A DNA stretch of 58,965 nucleotides from NCBI GenBank assembly GCA_002688315.1, contig NZCN01000009.1:1-58965 (forward strand), read 5' to 3'. Position numbers and translations under genes: made by a program. The notes beneath the pieces were generated by a model that was given only the letters and a program-made list of their open reading frames with translations, did no database searches and was not told where the DNA came from. Positions 47,816-57,682 of the stretch are shown in pieces (position 1 is the stretch's first letter; each line of letters starts with the position of its first letter). The stretch is from Candidatus Woesearchaeota archaeon. Lineage in GTDB: Archaea; Nanobdellota; Nanobdellia; Woesearchaeales; UBA10216.

Positions 47816-49081
47816 ATGGAAACCAATGAAAACTACGCAGTAAAAGACATGAACTTGGCAGAACAAGGACTTTTGAACATTGAATATGCAGAAAGCCAGA
47901 TGGGAGCACTGCTTAAAGTAAAGGAACGCTTTGAAAAGGAGAAGCCACTTGAAGGAATAAAAGTAGGAATGGCTCTGCATGTTACCAAAGAAACAGCTGT
48001 TCTGGTAAAAACCCTTATTGCAGGAGGCGCTGATGTTGCTATTTGCAGTTGCAATCCGTTAAGCACACAAGATGATGTAGCTGCTGCGTTGGCTAAATCT
48101 GGCATTAAAGTTTATGCTTATAAGGGAGAGTCAAAAGAAGATTACTATAACTTTTTAGACAAAGTTATTGCATTCAAACCACAGATTACAATTGATGACG
48201 GTTGCGATTTAGTGACAGAAATACATAATAAGAATCCTGAGTTGATTGACGGAATTATAGGCGGAGCAGAAGAAACAAGTACAGGAGTCATAAGATTGCG
48301 AGCTATGGAAAAAGACAATGCATTAAAGTATCCAGTCATAGCTGTTAATGACGCAAACACAAAACACTTGATGGACAATATAAAAGGCACAGGCCAATCT
48401 ACAGTAGATGGTATTCTAAGAGCAACTAACACCATCATAGCTGGGAAAAACTTTGTTGTATGCGGTTATGGTGAATGCGGAAAAGGCTTAGCAAAACGAG
48501 CGCAAGGAATGGATGCTAATGTTATTGTTACAGAAGTTGACCCATTCAGAGCATTGCAAGCAGCTATGGACGGGTTTAGAGTTATGCCTATCAAAGAAGC
48601 TTCAAAAGAAGGAGATATTTTTGTTACAGTAACTGGCAATAAGAATGTGATTGATATTAATCATATGAATTTAATGAAGAATGGGGCCATTCTAGCAAAT
48701 TCAGGACATTTTGATGCTGAAATTAATGTTAATGAGCTTGAAAAAGTTGCAAAGGATAAAAGAACTATACGTGAATTCATGGATGAGTACACATTAGCAA
48801 ATGGAAGTAAGATTTTTATCTTGGGCCAAGCTAGGTTGATTAATTTGGCAAGTGCTGAAGGCCATCCATCAGCAATAATGGCTATGTCTTTCTGTAACCA
48901 AGCTTTTGCTTGCGAATATCTAGTTCAAAACAAAGGAAAACTAGAACCAAAAGTTTACGTTTTGCCAAAGGAAAAAGATGACGAAGTTGCTCAGCTTCAG
49001 TTAGAAGCAATGGGCATCGAATTCGACACTTTGACGGAGGAGCAAAGTAAATATCTCAATTCTTGGCAAGAAGGCACCTAA
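47816..49081 (+). CDS. ahcY: S-adenosylhomocysteine hydrolase
   Basis: SCNPLSTQD, IDDGCD, EETSTG, GYGECGKG and NLASAEGHP motifs; start taken at ATG 47816. Confidence 0.96.
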   Translation: METNENYAVKDMNLAEQGLLNIEYAESQMGALLKVKERFEKEKPLEGIKVGMALHVTKETAVLVKTLIAGGADVAICSCNPLSTQDDVAAALAKSGIKVYAYKGESKEDYYNFLDKVIAFKPQITIDDGCDLVTEIHNKNPELIDGIIGGAEETSTGVIRLRAMEKDNALKYPVIAVNDANTKHLMDNIKGTGQSTVDGILRATNTIIAGKNFVVCGYGECGKGLAKRAQGMDANVIVTEVDPFRALQAAMDGFRVMPIKEASKEGDIFVTVTGNKNVIDINHMNLMKNGAILANSGHFDAEINVNELEKVAKDKRTIREFMDEYTLANGSKIFILGQARLINLASAEGHPSAIMAMSFCNQAFACEYLVQNKGKLEPKVYVLPKEKDDEVAQLQLEAMGIEFDTLTEEQSKYLNSWQEGT

Positions 49082-49923
49082 GAAAGTATCCTGTAAAAAA
49101 CGTCAAATATTGGGGTGTTGGTTGTTACCAGGAAAAAGTCTGCTTTCAAGTCAAGGCAAGTTTTGTTAAGGTTTGAAACGTGATTGCCAAGCTGAGATTC
49201 GTACTGTGAGATTAGTCTTGGGCTTACGTAAGTGCGCAAGATTTCATGAGTTTCTGCGTCTTCAAGCTTAACATCTCCTGAAATCTCCAACTCTTTTTCG
49301 CTTGGGTCAAGCACTTGAACAAGCTTTATGTCATGGTTGCCAAGCTTTAACAAGCCTTCTTTTACTTCTTCTGGATCCAAAAGAAAATCAGATATTATTA
49401 TGATTAAGGATTTTGTGCCAAGAAGCTTGCTGTACTTCGCCATTGCATCAAAAAACTTTGATTTACCCTTAATCTTGACTTTATTGAGATGGTCTATCAT
49501 TGTTGCAACGTGCTCCAAACCACGGCGAGGCTGGAAAACATCAAGACTGTCTGAAAAAGTAGCGAATTGGAATCTCTCATGTTCTTTCAGAGAAAGGTAA
49601 GCAAATCCAACTCCAAGCATGGAAGCGTAGTCAAATTTCTTTGGCTTGCCATAATTCATGCTCGCACTGTCATCTACTATGACGTGCACAGTCATGTTTC
49701 GCTCCTCTTCATATTTTTTGATGTATAAGTGGTCTGTTCTGGCATAAATTTTCCAGTCTATCTGCCTAAAATCATCGCCTTCAGAATAAATACGGTGGTC
49801 TTTAAGTGTCGAACCACTGCCAAGATTTATAGATGCTTTGTTGCCAAAATATTTAGAAGTTACACGCTTGCTAAGTATTAAATGGAACCGGTCTAGTTCT
49901 CCTAAGAAATCTGCAGTAATCAT
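49078..49923 (-). CDS. DUF58 / VWA-like protein
   Basis: DHRIYSEGDDFRQIDWKIYART, KKYEEE, DDSASM and IISDF motifs. Confidence 0.9.
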   Translation of the reverse strand: MITADFLGELDRFHLILSKRVTSKYFGNKASINLGSGSTLKDHRIYSEGDDFRQIDWKIYARTDHLYIKKYEEERNMTVHVIVDDSASMNYGKPKKFDYASMLGVGFAYLSLKEHERFQFATFSDSLDVFQPRRGLEHVATMIDHLNKVKIKGKSKFFDAMAKYSKLLGTKSLIIIISDFLLDPEEVKEGLLKLGNHDIKLVQVLDPSEKELEISGDVKLEDAETHEILRTYVSPRLISQYESQLGNHVSNLNKTCLDLKADFFLVTTNTPIFDVFYRILS

Positions 49924-50864
49924 TTTTTGATTTTATCCAAAAACAGTTTTACAGCATCATCAGGGGTCATGCCTTTTCTTTCTGCTTCAAAATTAAGGAT
50001 AAGTCTATGGCGCAATACAGGATATGCCATAGCTTTTATGTCATCAGAGCTAACATGATTTCTTCCATTGATCAAAGCTCTGGCTTTTGCTGCCACAATA
50101 AGACCAATTGAAGCACGAGGGCTTGCTCCATACTCAATTACATCTTTCTTATTTCGCGTAGCTGTAATCAGTTTAACAACTTCCTGCTTTAAGTCAGTAG
50201 CTACAGGAACTTGCCTTGAAAGCTGCTGCAAAGAAAGCAAATGGTTTTTGGTCATAACAACCTTAAGACGCCTTTCAGAATGTTCGTATGCATACTTGTT
50301 AACAACTTCAACTTCTTCATCATAAGTTGGATAATTTGCTTTTATTTTTAGCAGAAAACGGTCTGACTGAGCTTCTGGCAAAGGATATGTTCCTTCTTGC
50401 TCAATAGGATTTTGAGTGGCAAGAACAAAAAACGGCTTATCGAGCTTGTAAGTAGTATTGCCAACAGTAACCTGCTTTTCCTGCATTGCTTCCAGCAAAG
50501 CTGACTGAGTTTTTGGAGTTGCACGGTTTATTTCATCTGCCAGAACAATGTTTGCAAAAACAGGTCCAGGATGGAATTTGAACTCACGACTGCCGCCGTG
50601 CTCCTCTATAACATAAGTTCCTGTTATGTCAGAAGGCATCAAATCAGGAGTATGCTGGATTCTGCTAAAGCGCAAATCCATTACTTTAGCTAATGTTCGG
50701 ACAGTAAGTGTTTTCGCAAGCCCAGGATAGCCTTCAAGCAAAGCATTGCCATCAGAAAGCACAGAAACCAATATCTGCTCTACAACACGGTCCTGGCCAA
50801 CCACAACTTTTCTTACTTCTGAGAAAAGCTCTGAAAATATCTTCTTATAGGCAATCATTTCCAT
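49920..50864 (-). CDS. moxR: MoxR-family AAA+ ATPase
   Basis: EGYPGLAKT, TPDLMPSDITG, LADEINRA and ATQNPIEQEGTYPLPEAQ.DRF motifs. Confidence 0.94.
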   Translation of the reverse strand: MEMIAYKKIFSELFSEVRKVVVGQDRVVEQILVSVLSDGNALLEGYPGLAKTLTVRTLAKVMDLRFSRIQHTPDLMPSDITGTYVIEEHGGSREFKFHPGPVFANIVLADEINRATPKTQSALLEAMQEKQVTVGNTTYKLDKPFFVLATQNPIEQEGTYPLPEAQSDRFLLKIKANYPTYDEEVEVVNKYAYEHSERRLKVVMTKNHLLSLQQLSRQVPVATDLKQEVVKLITATRNKKDVIEYGASPRASIGLIVAAKARALINGRNHVSSDDIKAMAYPVLRHRLILNFEAERKGMTPDDAVKLFLDKIKK

Positions 50865-50900
50865 TTAAACTTTAATAAACAGAAATATAAAGGTTTCTGT

Positions 50901-51710
50901 TTAAGAACCAGCCAGCGTGTTAAAGTAGTTCTTCACTAATTTAAGGTCTTCCTTTGCAATTTCTTCTTCAAAGCTTTCTGCTGCCACAGCTTGGATTTCA
51001 GAAGGGTAAGACTCGGAGAAATCAGGGAAATCAGCTTCCTGGATTTCTCTGATTGAGAGTTCTGTTCCTGCAGGCCTAATCCTTATTTTGATTTCATCAT
51101 CTCCAAGCTTTACTACAGTTGGCTTTCCGTAAATATCATCACTGGTTTTCTTCAAGCCAGTATCCTGGCTGCCGACTGCAAACCGTATCTTTGAGCTGCC
51201 TGAGCCGCCTGTTCCAGGGCCTTCTTCTGCTTCCTGTGATTCCTGATCAACTAAGTTAAAGTTGAAATTAAGCACTCCAAAAGTTACTGGAGAAAGCAAT
51301 AATATCAGAAATGCCAAAGCAACTATTCCTATAGATTTCATATAAATCTTTCTTTCATTAAGAAAAGTTGATTCTTCAACCTGTCTTAAATCATGAAGAA
51401 CTTCTGAGTGAAGCTCTTTAACAACAGGATTTTCTTCAGTTGAATGTTCTGCAGCTGTCCTAAGCTTTTCATCTAAATTTTGGTATTTTTGCTCAACAAG
51501 CTTTATTTTGCTCAGTTTAAGCTTCTTTCTCAAAACATAAACAAAATAAATCAGAGAGATAGTTACAGGATATATAAGCGGAAGGTTGAAAATAGAAAGC
51601 ACCAGAAGCAAGATAAGAAACAGAAGAATTGTGTTTATTGAAGTATCAAATATAATCAGATTGTTAAGAGTGTTCCTCACGTCAGCTATTGCGTTTTTGA
51701 ATGCTTTCAT
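50901..51710 (-). CDS. membrane protein of the MoxR/VWA cluster
   Basis: TM segments, L.EKLRTA motif and acidic C-terminus ending VKNYF. Confidence 0.72.
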   Translation of the reverse strand: MKAFKNAIADVRNTLNNLIIFDTSINTILLFLILLLVLSIFNLPLIYPVTISLIYFVYVLRKKLKLSKIKLVEQKYQNLDEKLRTAAEHSTEENPVVKELHSEVLHDLRQVEESTFLNERKIYMKSIGIVALAFLILLLSPVTFGVLNFNFNLVDQESQEAEEGPGTGGSGSSKIRFAVGSQDTGLKKTSDDIYGKPTVVKLGDDEIKIRIRPAGTELSIREIQEADFPDFSESYPSEIQAVAAESFEEEIAKEDLKLVKNYFNTLAGS

Positions 51711-51711
51711 C

Positions 51712-52212
51712 TTAACACGTATAATCCGGATTAATCTGCTTATTCAGGCTGCAGATGTCATCGTTTAAGGCGTTAATCCTGTTTTTCTGATTTGTAACAG
51801 CGCTGTCAAGATCTGCTATTTCTATGTCCTTTTTGAGGATGTCATATTTTGCATCAGACAATTCAGATTCTGTTTGCTCCAATAATACTGTTGTTGAAGC
51901 AAGCTTTTCCTGAGTTGCTGTAAGCTCTGTGTATAGTTTGTCTCTTTCAGCTTTAAGCCTGTTATAGAGTTCCTCAAGCTTTTTCTTATCAGTTGACTTA
52001 ACTGAAAGCTCAGTGGTTGTACGATTAAGCTCAGTAAGTTTTGTTGTGAAGTTCTTGCTGATTTTGCTCAGCTCTTCTGCTGTAGTCTCATATGTTTCTG
52101 AAATATTCTTAAAGTTGCTCTGATAATACGTAGTTAAAAGGACAATCGAAAGCAGAACTATAAGAACTAACACCAACATAAGCAAATTTACGTTTTTTCT
52201 CATATATGCCAT
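51712..52212 (-). CDS. membrane-anchored coiled-coil protein
   Basis: N-terminal TM helix followed by long heptad repeats. Confidence 0.72.
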   Translation of the reverse strand: MAYMRKNVNLLMLVLVLIVLLSIVLLTTYYQSNFKNISETYETTAEELSKISKNFTTKLTELNRTTTELSVKSTDKKKLEELYNRLKAERDKLYTELTATQEKLASTTVLLEQTESELSDAKYDILKKDIEIADLDSAVTNQKNRINALNDDICSLNKQINPDYTC

Positions 52213-52234
52213 TTTTATTAACTAAAAGTGTTAA

Positions 52235-54616
52235 TCATTTATTTGTTTTTCCCTCTTGCACTCTGCGAACAGCTATTTCTGCCAAAAATACCAAAAGAGC
52301 TGCCAATAAGAATATCCAGGAATAAGAGGAAGGCGCAGATATTATGCGCTTTGAATCGGATTTTACTTTTTCCACTATTTCTTTTACATCCTGCTGGCTG
52401 AAAATTTTCCCTCCTGTAATGCTTAATGCCTGTTCAAGGTCAGGATTCATGCCAGTCATAGCATATTCTTTTTCATAATTAACTGATGCAACAGCATCAA
52501 AAAACTTTGCTGAGCCAGTTTCTTCAGGAGTAAAAGAAGCTTCATACAATCTTTTGCCTATTTTTGAGAATTTCAAAGAGTCATGCTCAGGAAAGCTTCC
52601 TGATACAACATGAATTTCCATCTTATCTCCGAGATGAATATCTTTTATATCAACATCAAATTTCTTATTTCTGCTTAAGTCTCCAATAGCCCAATTAACA
52701 GACCTTGTAATAAGAGCTGAATTCTTAGAAGAAAGCAATTCAGAACCCCAAGCAGAACCGTCATCTGTGGAAATCGCTACTATCCTTCCAAGACCAAGCC
52801 TTGAAACAGTTACAACAGGATTGTTGTTGTGGGTTGCTACAAGCAAGTCTGCATTAGGCTTTGGAACAACCTGATTAAAGCCGTTAACTTTTGCTGAAAT
52901 TTTCAATCCTCTTGTTATGAAATGGTGAGAGTTTACAATCTCAAGTGAAAAAGAAGAGCCAGAAGGCGAATCTTCTGATTCACCAAAAAGAACTTTAAGA
53001 CGTTCTGTTTCATCAGGCTCAAAATAATAGCCATTGCCTGTATTAGCAATATCCTGCATGTGCTTACGATTAGTGCCTTCACCAACTCCAACAGCATATA
53101 CTTTAATTCCAGTGTTTGCAGCTATCTGCGCATTGTGCAAATCATCTGCATAGCTTCCTGATTTTCCGTCAGAGAATATTATGATGTTTCTGCTTCCTTC
53201 CAAAGGACCAAGTATTTTTCTTGCTGCTTTTATTCCTTCATCAACTCTTGTGCCGCCTTTGTATACCAACTTTTCAATTCTTCCTCTAATGTAAGCTTCG
53301 CTTCCAAGAATTTTTGTTAAGTCTGAAACTATAAAAGCATCTGTGTTAAATGCTATGACAGCTACTCTATCATTTTTCCTTAAATCATCAAGAACTCCAA
53401 TTGCCAATGCTTTTTCAACTTCTTGAACTCTTGCATTTGCTCCTTTTTTAAAGCCTGCTCCGGTAGAACCTGAGATATCTATTACCAAAACAATGCTCAC
53501 ATCATCTTTCTTGCCTTCTTTGCCTTTTCCAACCCTAACAGGAAGCATTCCTTCAAAGAGCGAGTTTCTATAACCTCCTCGGTCATACGAATTCTTCCCT
53601 CCAAAAACAACCAATCCATTGCCATCAACCACATAATTGCTTAACTTGTTTACATCAATTTCAGATTCACGCATGTCATCAAGAACAACTGCTGAATAAC
53701 TGTTAAGATTGCTTTGAACACTGCTAACAGATGTTGTATGGTATAAAGATGTTAATATGTTACTTACAGGAGCTGAGTCTTTTCCTACAAAAAGAATTTT
53801 TGGTTTTGGTTCGACTTTAACAGTTTTATAAAAAACATTGTTCTGGTTGAAGAAATCAGTTATTATTACTTCTGCCTTTATAGTATGGTAACCTTCAGCA
53901 AACTTTTTTGTAATTGATGCAACATTACTGCCTGAATAAACACCATTAAGAACTTCTGCATTATTTATAGACACAATCAACCTGTATTCTCTTGTATTGC
54001 CAACTTGGTTTACAACTATATCAAATGTGTTTTCCTCTGCATTTGTTGTAACCCTAGACCCAAAAACCATTACAGATGTATCGTCTTTATTTACCTGAAG
54101 GTCGACAGCGCTTATTGTTGAATTCAAGCTGGATGCAAGCACAAGCATATCGCCCAAGCTCCTGCCATAATTATTATTGCCATCGCTTACTAACAAAATG
54201 TTATCATCGCCATCATTTGCCGCTATCAAAGCATCACCGATTGCTGAAATATCTCCAGAAGCAAATGTTTTAGAACGCACAGGAATGCTTTTCTTAAGCT
54301 CATTCTCCAGGCTAGAAATTCCTGAAGTGTCAAAAATACCCATTGAACTTGAGTTATCTATTAGTAAAGTCAGAGTTGGATCTCCTGTTCTTAAAACAGT
54401 TTGAAGAGTGAAAGGAGAAGCCATTGCTATTATCAAAAATATAAAAATAAGTGAGCGGGAAATTAAAATAAACGAGCGTTGCTTAACTTTTTCTTGGAAA
54501 GTTTTTCTTGCCTGAATTTTTTTAAATTTAACAAAATCTTTTCTTATTATTAAAATAAGTGCTGCAAGAACAGGCAAAATCAGCAAAAGCAGTTTAGGAT
54601 TTTGAAATTCTACCAT
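52235..54616 (-). CDS. membrane protein with two VWA domains
   Basis: MIDAS DNSSSM and DISGS motifs, FSDG, TM segments at both ends. Confidence 0.85.
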   Translation of the reverse strand: MVEFQNPKLLLLILPVLAALILIIRKDFVKFKKIQARKTFQEKVKQRSFILISRSLIFIFLIIAMASPFTLQTVLRTGDPTLTLLIDNSSSMGIFDTSGISSLENELKKSIPVRSKTFASGDISAIGDALIAANDGDDNILLVSDGNNNYGRSLGDMLVLASSLNSTISAVDLQVNKDDTSVMVFGSRVTTNAEENTFDIVVNQVGNTREYRLIVSINNAEVLNGVYSGSNVASITKKFAEGYHTIKAEVIITDFFNQNNVFYKTVKVEPKPKILFVGKDSAPVSNILTSLYHTTSVSSVQSNLNSYSAVVLDDMRESEIDVNKLSNYVVDGNGLVVFGGKNSYDRGGYRNSLFEGMLPVRVGKGKEGKKDDVSIVLVIDISGSTGAGFKKGANARVQEVEKALAIGVLDDLRKNDRVAVIAFNTDAFIVSDLTKILGSEAYIRGRIEKLVYKGGTRVDEGIKAARKILGPLEGSRNIIIFSDGKSGSYADDLHNAQIAANTGIKVYAVGVGEGTNRKHMQDIANTGNGYYFEPDETERLKVLFGESEDSPSGSSFSLEIVNSHHFITRGLKISAKVNGFNQVVPKPNADLLVATHNNNPVVTVSRLGLGRIVAISTDDGSAWGSELLSSKNSALITRSVNWAIGDLSRNKKFDVDIKDIHLGDKMEIHVVSGSFPEHDSLKFSKIGKRLYEASFTPEETGSAKFFDAVASVNYEKEYAMTGMNPDLEQALSITGGKIFSQQDVKEIVEKVKSDSKRIISAPSSYSWIFLLAALLVFLAEIAVRRVQEGKTNK

Positions 54617-56412
54617 TATAAATCGCCTCTGAATTTTATATAAAGCAGCTCTGCAAATATCAAAATAGCAGCAAGAAGCGCTAAAAGAGAATCAAAACTT
54701 TTTGTCTCTGTCAACTTTGACGTTTCAATAGTTATCTGTTTTTCCTCTTCAGAGAAAGCAGTTGCATCAGAGCTCACTGAAGATTCGCGAATGTTAAGGA
54801 GATTGGCTGCCACTTTTCTGTCATAAGTATAAAACCCTGCCTTGTCTAAAAGCAAGCGGTCTGTTTTTATTTTACCAAGCGGAGTATCAACAGTTTGTTT
54901 TTTTATCACATCAATTCTTCCAGTCTCAAAGTTAAAATTATCCAAGTTCTCTGTTTTTGCTAAAAAGTTAATCAGCCTTGACCAAAATTGAGGGTAAGTT
55001 ATTGAGCTTTTGAAACTGCTGTAATCATCAAGCAAGCCATAGTACACCACAGTTCCAGAGCCAAGGCCAGACAAGGTAAGAACAGGGCTATCCTGGGCGC
55101 TTACAATAGTAGTTGCCCCGTCCTTAGCTTTAACATTCAGGAATCTTTCATTAACTCCAAAATCAATGCCATCGGTAAAGTAATTTGTTATGTTTATTAT
55201 GTTTCTTGAAACTCCTCCTAAGCCAAGAACTTCAACAGGCAAAAATTTTATTTTTGCACTATCAAGATCCTCCTGGGTTGTTATTATAACACTTGAGCCA
55301 TTCTTTGTTGAGCGTTCAATTTCATTATAATAGCCAGGCAGCATTAATTTTGCGTCAAACTTGTGAAGTATAATCACATCGTAATCAAATTTGCTGACAA
55401 CAGGCGGCTTTGCAATATCCAAGCTTATGTCAGAAGCTGCTAAAAGAGCTGCCTCAAGATTGGTTTTCTCAGAGTTTGTTATTAACAGAACCTTTGTTTT
55501 TGTGTTCGCAGGAACACTAACATAAGCAGTATTGTCTGCTTTAAAGTCATCGTCAACAATCAGCCTTACTTCAGTCTGGCCTTGAAGCGTATCAAATTCA
55601 AATTCTTCCAAAGAGCGCGGTTCAAGGGTAATAGTTGCCTGGTCTTTTATTCCGTTGTTAACAACCTGTATTTTCACTGTTTCTGCTTTTTTATTGAAAT
55701 TTTCCAAAGCAACTTTAGCAGTGGATTTGTCAACATCCAAGTCAATAATGCCAACATTACTTGCCTGACCTCCAAAATTAAAAAATCTAACAACAGCATC
55801 TTTAGAAACTGACCGCTTAGCTACCAAAGGGTCAATACCTTCTGTAGCTATAAAATCGCTTAACACAATAATCTTGCCTTTTCCTCCCAACAAATCACGG
55901 GCAACCAAAATTGCATCGCCAATGTTTGAGCTCGTGTCCAGCGGTTTAATAGCTTTCAAAACTTTTTTAGCAGCTTCAGGGTTGCTGCTTTCCAACACAA
56001 CCCTTGGAACATTGGAAGCAAGAACAAGGCTGACTCTGCCTTTAAGAAGCTCCTCAGCTTTGCTAACAGCCTGTTCAAATCTTGTTTTACCATCCTGTTC
56101 GGTCTGCATGCTTGCAGACACGTCCAGAACAATAACCAGGTTTCCAGACTTTTCAGCTGTTACTTCTGAAAAAAATCCCATAACAGAAAATGCAAGAAGC
56201 GAAAGTATGAGAAGCTGAAGCAAAAATAAAACACTCCTGATAAGATGCCTGAGAAACGAATGAAATCGCGTAGAGCCATGCTGACTAATAAAAAACATGA
56301 GAGATGGTATTGTCTGTTCAGTTGGCTTAGGCCTGCGTAAATACAAGATTACGAACGGTATAAGAGCAAGAAACGCTAAACCTCCAATAAGACGTTCGAA
56401 TGGCATATTCAA
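54616..56412 (-). CDS. BatA-like N-terminal domain plus VWA protein
   Basis: LIPFVILYLRRPKP...IPSLMF, LDVSASM and LSDF motifs; C-terminal TM. Confidence 0.85.
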   Translation of the reverse strand: MNMPFERLIGGLAFLALIPFVILYLRRPKPTEQTIPSLMFFISQHGSTRFHSFLRHLIRSVLFLLQLLILSLLAFSVMGFFSEVTAEKSGNLVIVLDVSASMQTEQDGKTRFEQAVSKAEELLKGRVSLVLASNVPRVVLESSNPEAAKKVLKAIKPLDTSSNIGDAILVARDLLGGKGKIIVLSDFIATEGIDPLVAKRSVSKDAVVRFFNFGGQASNVGIIDLDVDKSTAKVALENFNKKAETVKIQVVNNGIKDQATITLEPRSLEEFEFDTLQGQTEVRLIVDDDFKADNTAYVSVPANTKTKVLLITNSEKTNLEAALLAASDISLDIAKPPVVSKFDYDVIILHKFDAKLMLPGYYNEIERSTKNGSSVIITTQEDLDSAKIKFLPVEVLGLGGVSRNIINITNYFTDGIDFGVNERFLNVKAKDGATTIVSAQDSPVLTLSGLGSGTVVYYGLLDDYSSFKSSITYPQFWSRLINFLAKTENLDNFNFETGRIDVIKKQTVDTPLGKIKTDRLLLDKAGFYTYDRKVAANLLNIRESSVSSDATAFSEEEKQITIETSKLTETKSFDSLLALLAAILIFAELLYIKFRGDL

Positions 56413-56501
56413 TCAACATTGGAGTTTAACATGTTTTAAAGTTTTCTACTACTGCTTTTCAGAATTAGTTCATTATAACATTAATGGCAATAATAACTAT
56501 G

Positions 56502-56669
56502 TTAATCTTTCTTCTTCTCTTTTTTCTTCTTCATGGATTCAGCTTCGTCTTTCTCATAGCCTTCTACAAATGCGCCTTCTTGCGGTTCAATTTCAGCATC
56601 GTCTACCATTTGCTCGCGCTCATCTGCTTCATCAATATTTTCTTCCTGTTCTGGATCTTTTTCTGCCAT
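56502..56669 (-). CDS. small acidic protein with Lys-rich tail (55 aa), not in ORF track
   Basis: MAEKDPEQEENIDEADEREQMVDDAEIEPQEGAFVEGYEKDEAESMKKKKEKKKD*; GAGGTG SD upstream. Confidence 0.75.
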   Translation of the reverse strand: MAEKDPEQEENIDEADEREQMVDDAEIEPQEGAFVEGYEKDEAESMKKKKEKKKD

Positions 56670-56693
56670 TGTGTTGCACCTCGTTATACCTTT

Positions 56694-56783
56694 AGCTGCC
56701 TTGGTTCAGCTTCACTGAACCTAATTTTTCCCTCCCTTCGAAAAGTTAAGGGAGGGAAAAATTAGCCCTGGGGCGAGGCAGCT
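56694..56783. other. multi-stem structured intergenic element
   Basis: AGCTGCCTTG/CGAGGCAGCT closing stem; GGTTCAG/CTGAACC hairpin; 18-bp perfect inverted repeat CTAATTTTTCCCTCCCTT/AAGGGAGGGAAAAATTAG. Confidence 0.55.
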
Positions 56784-56793
56784 TCGTTAAATA

Positions 56794-57447
56794 TTAAAAC
56801 TCATCCATCTTTTTCTGCTTCTTCATTGCAAGCATTTTCTTATAAGGAGCCCATGTTTTCCTGAAGATATCAGGATGTTTTTCAGCGTTTTCCTTCAAAA
56901 ACTTGGCTGTTTTCGGATCTGCCATGTATCCAGAACCAAAGTCTCCTGCTTCTTTTTTAATTTTTTCTATTTCTTCCTCTCTTGTAACCTTTGCGAGTAT
57001 GGAAGCAGCAGCACACTCAACGTAATTTAAGTCTGCTTTATGCTCAACAACAGCATCAACCTTTTTGTTGTCAAGCAAGTTTAGCAAGTATTTTTTGTAA
57101 GCACTAACATTGTTGCTCGGACAGTCAATTATAATTTTATCCGGCTTTAGTGCATTAATTATCTTGGCAGAAGTCTGAGCTTCAAGCCAGTTAAGATTTA
57201 AGTCATCAGATTCTAATGCTGCGTCTATTTCTTTTGGAGATACTACAAGTATCTTATGTTTTTTAACAATAGAATTTATTTTCTTGAACAAAGCAACTCT
57301 TTTTTTTTGCGATAATAATTTAGAATCTTTCACTCCAATGCTTTTCAAACTCTCAATGTCTTCTTCGTCCACCAATACGCCTGCCATTACCATGCTTCCT
57401 ATCAATGGACCTCTAGCCGCTTCATCAATTGCTACTGTTAAAACCAT
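56794..57447 (-). CDS. rnhB: ribonuclease HII
   Basis: IDEAARGPLIG, GVKDSK, EHKAD, AAASILAKV.R and DFGSGY motifs. Confidence 0.95.
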   Translation of the reverse strand: MVLTVAIDEAARGPLIGSMVMAGVLVDEEDIESLKSIGVKDSKLLSQKKRVALFKKINSIVKKHKILVVSPKEIDAALESDDLNLNWLEAQTSAKIINALKPDKIIIDCPSNNVSAYKKYLLNLLDNKKVDAVVEHKADLNYVECAAASILAKVTREEEIEKIKKEAGDFGSGYMADPKTAKFLKENAEKHPDIFRKTWAPYKKMLAMKKQKKMDEF

Positions 57448-57525
57448 AAACTATCAGTGTGAGAAGCAGTTTTTAAAGTTTTAGCCTAAAGATTTATAAA
57501 TCAATCTAAGGTTCTTTTGCTTTAT

Positions 57526-57682
57526 AGCGGAATAGGGCAGAATCTGCAACACGAGTTGTAGTTGTCCAACTAGGAGTGCCCGATGGGCTCATAACCCATA
57601 GGTCGCTGGAAGTTCAATAGGAACTAGCGAATTCAAATTAGTGAATGTTTTGGCATTTACTATGGGTCTCCAGCTTCCGCTA
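57526..57682 (+). tRNA. initiator tRNA-Met(CAT) with three introns (57541-57569, 57610-57631, 57638-57668)
   Basis: Splicing gives the 75-nt AGCGGAATAGGGCAG|CTAGGAGTGCCCGATGGGCTCATAACCCATAGGTCGCTGG|TTCAAA|TCCAGCTTCCGCTA, with an A1-U72 pair and GGG/CCC anticodon stem. Confidence 0.88.

Noticed and set aside
56297-56765. Plus-strand ORFs 56297-56695 and 56484-56765
   Set aside because: They are antisense to the BatA gene start and to the SD-supported 55-aa acidic gene
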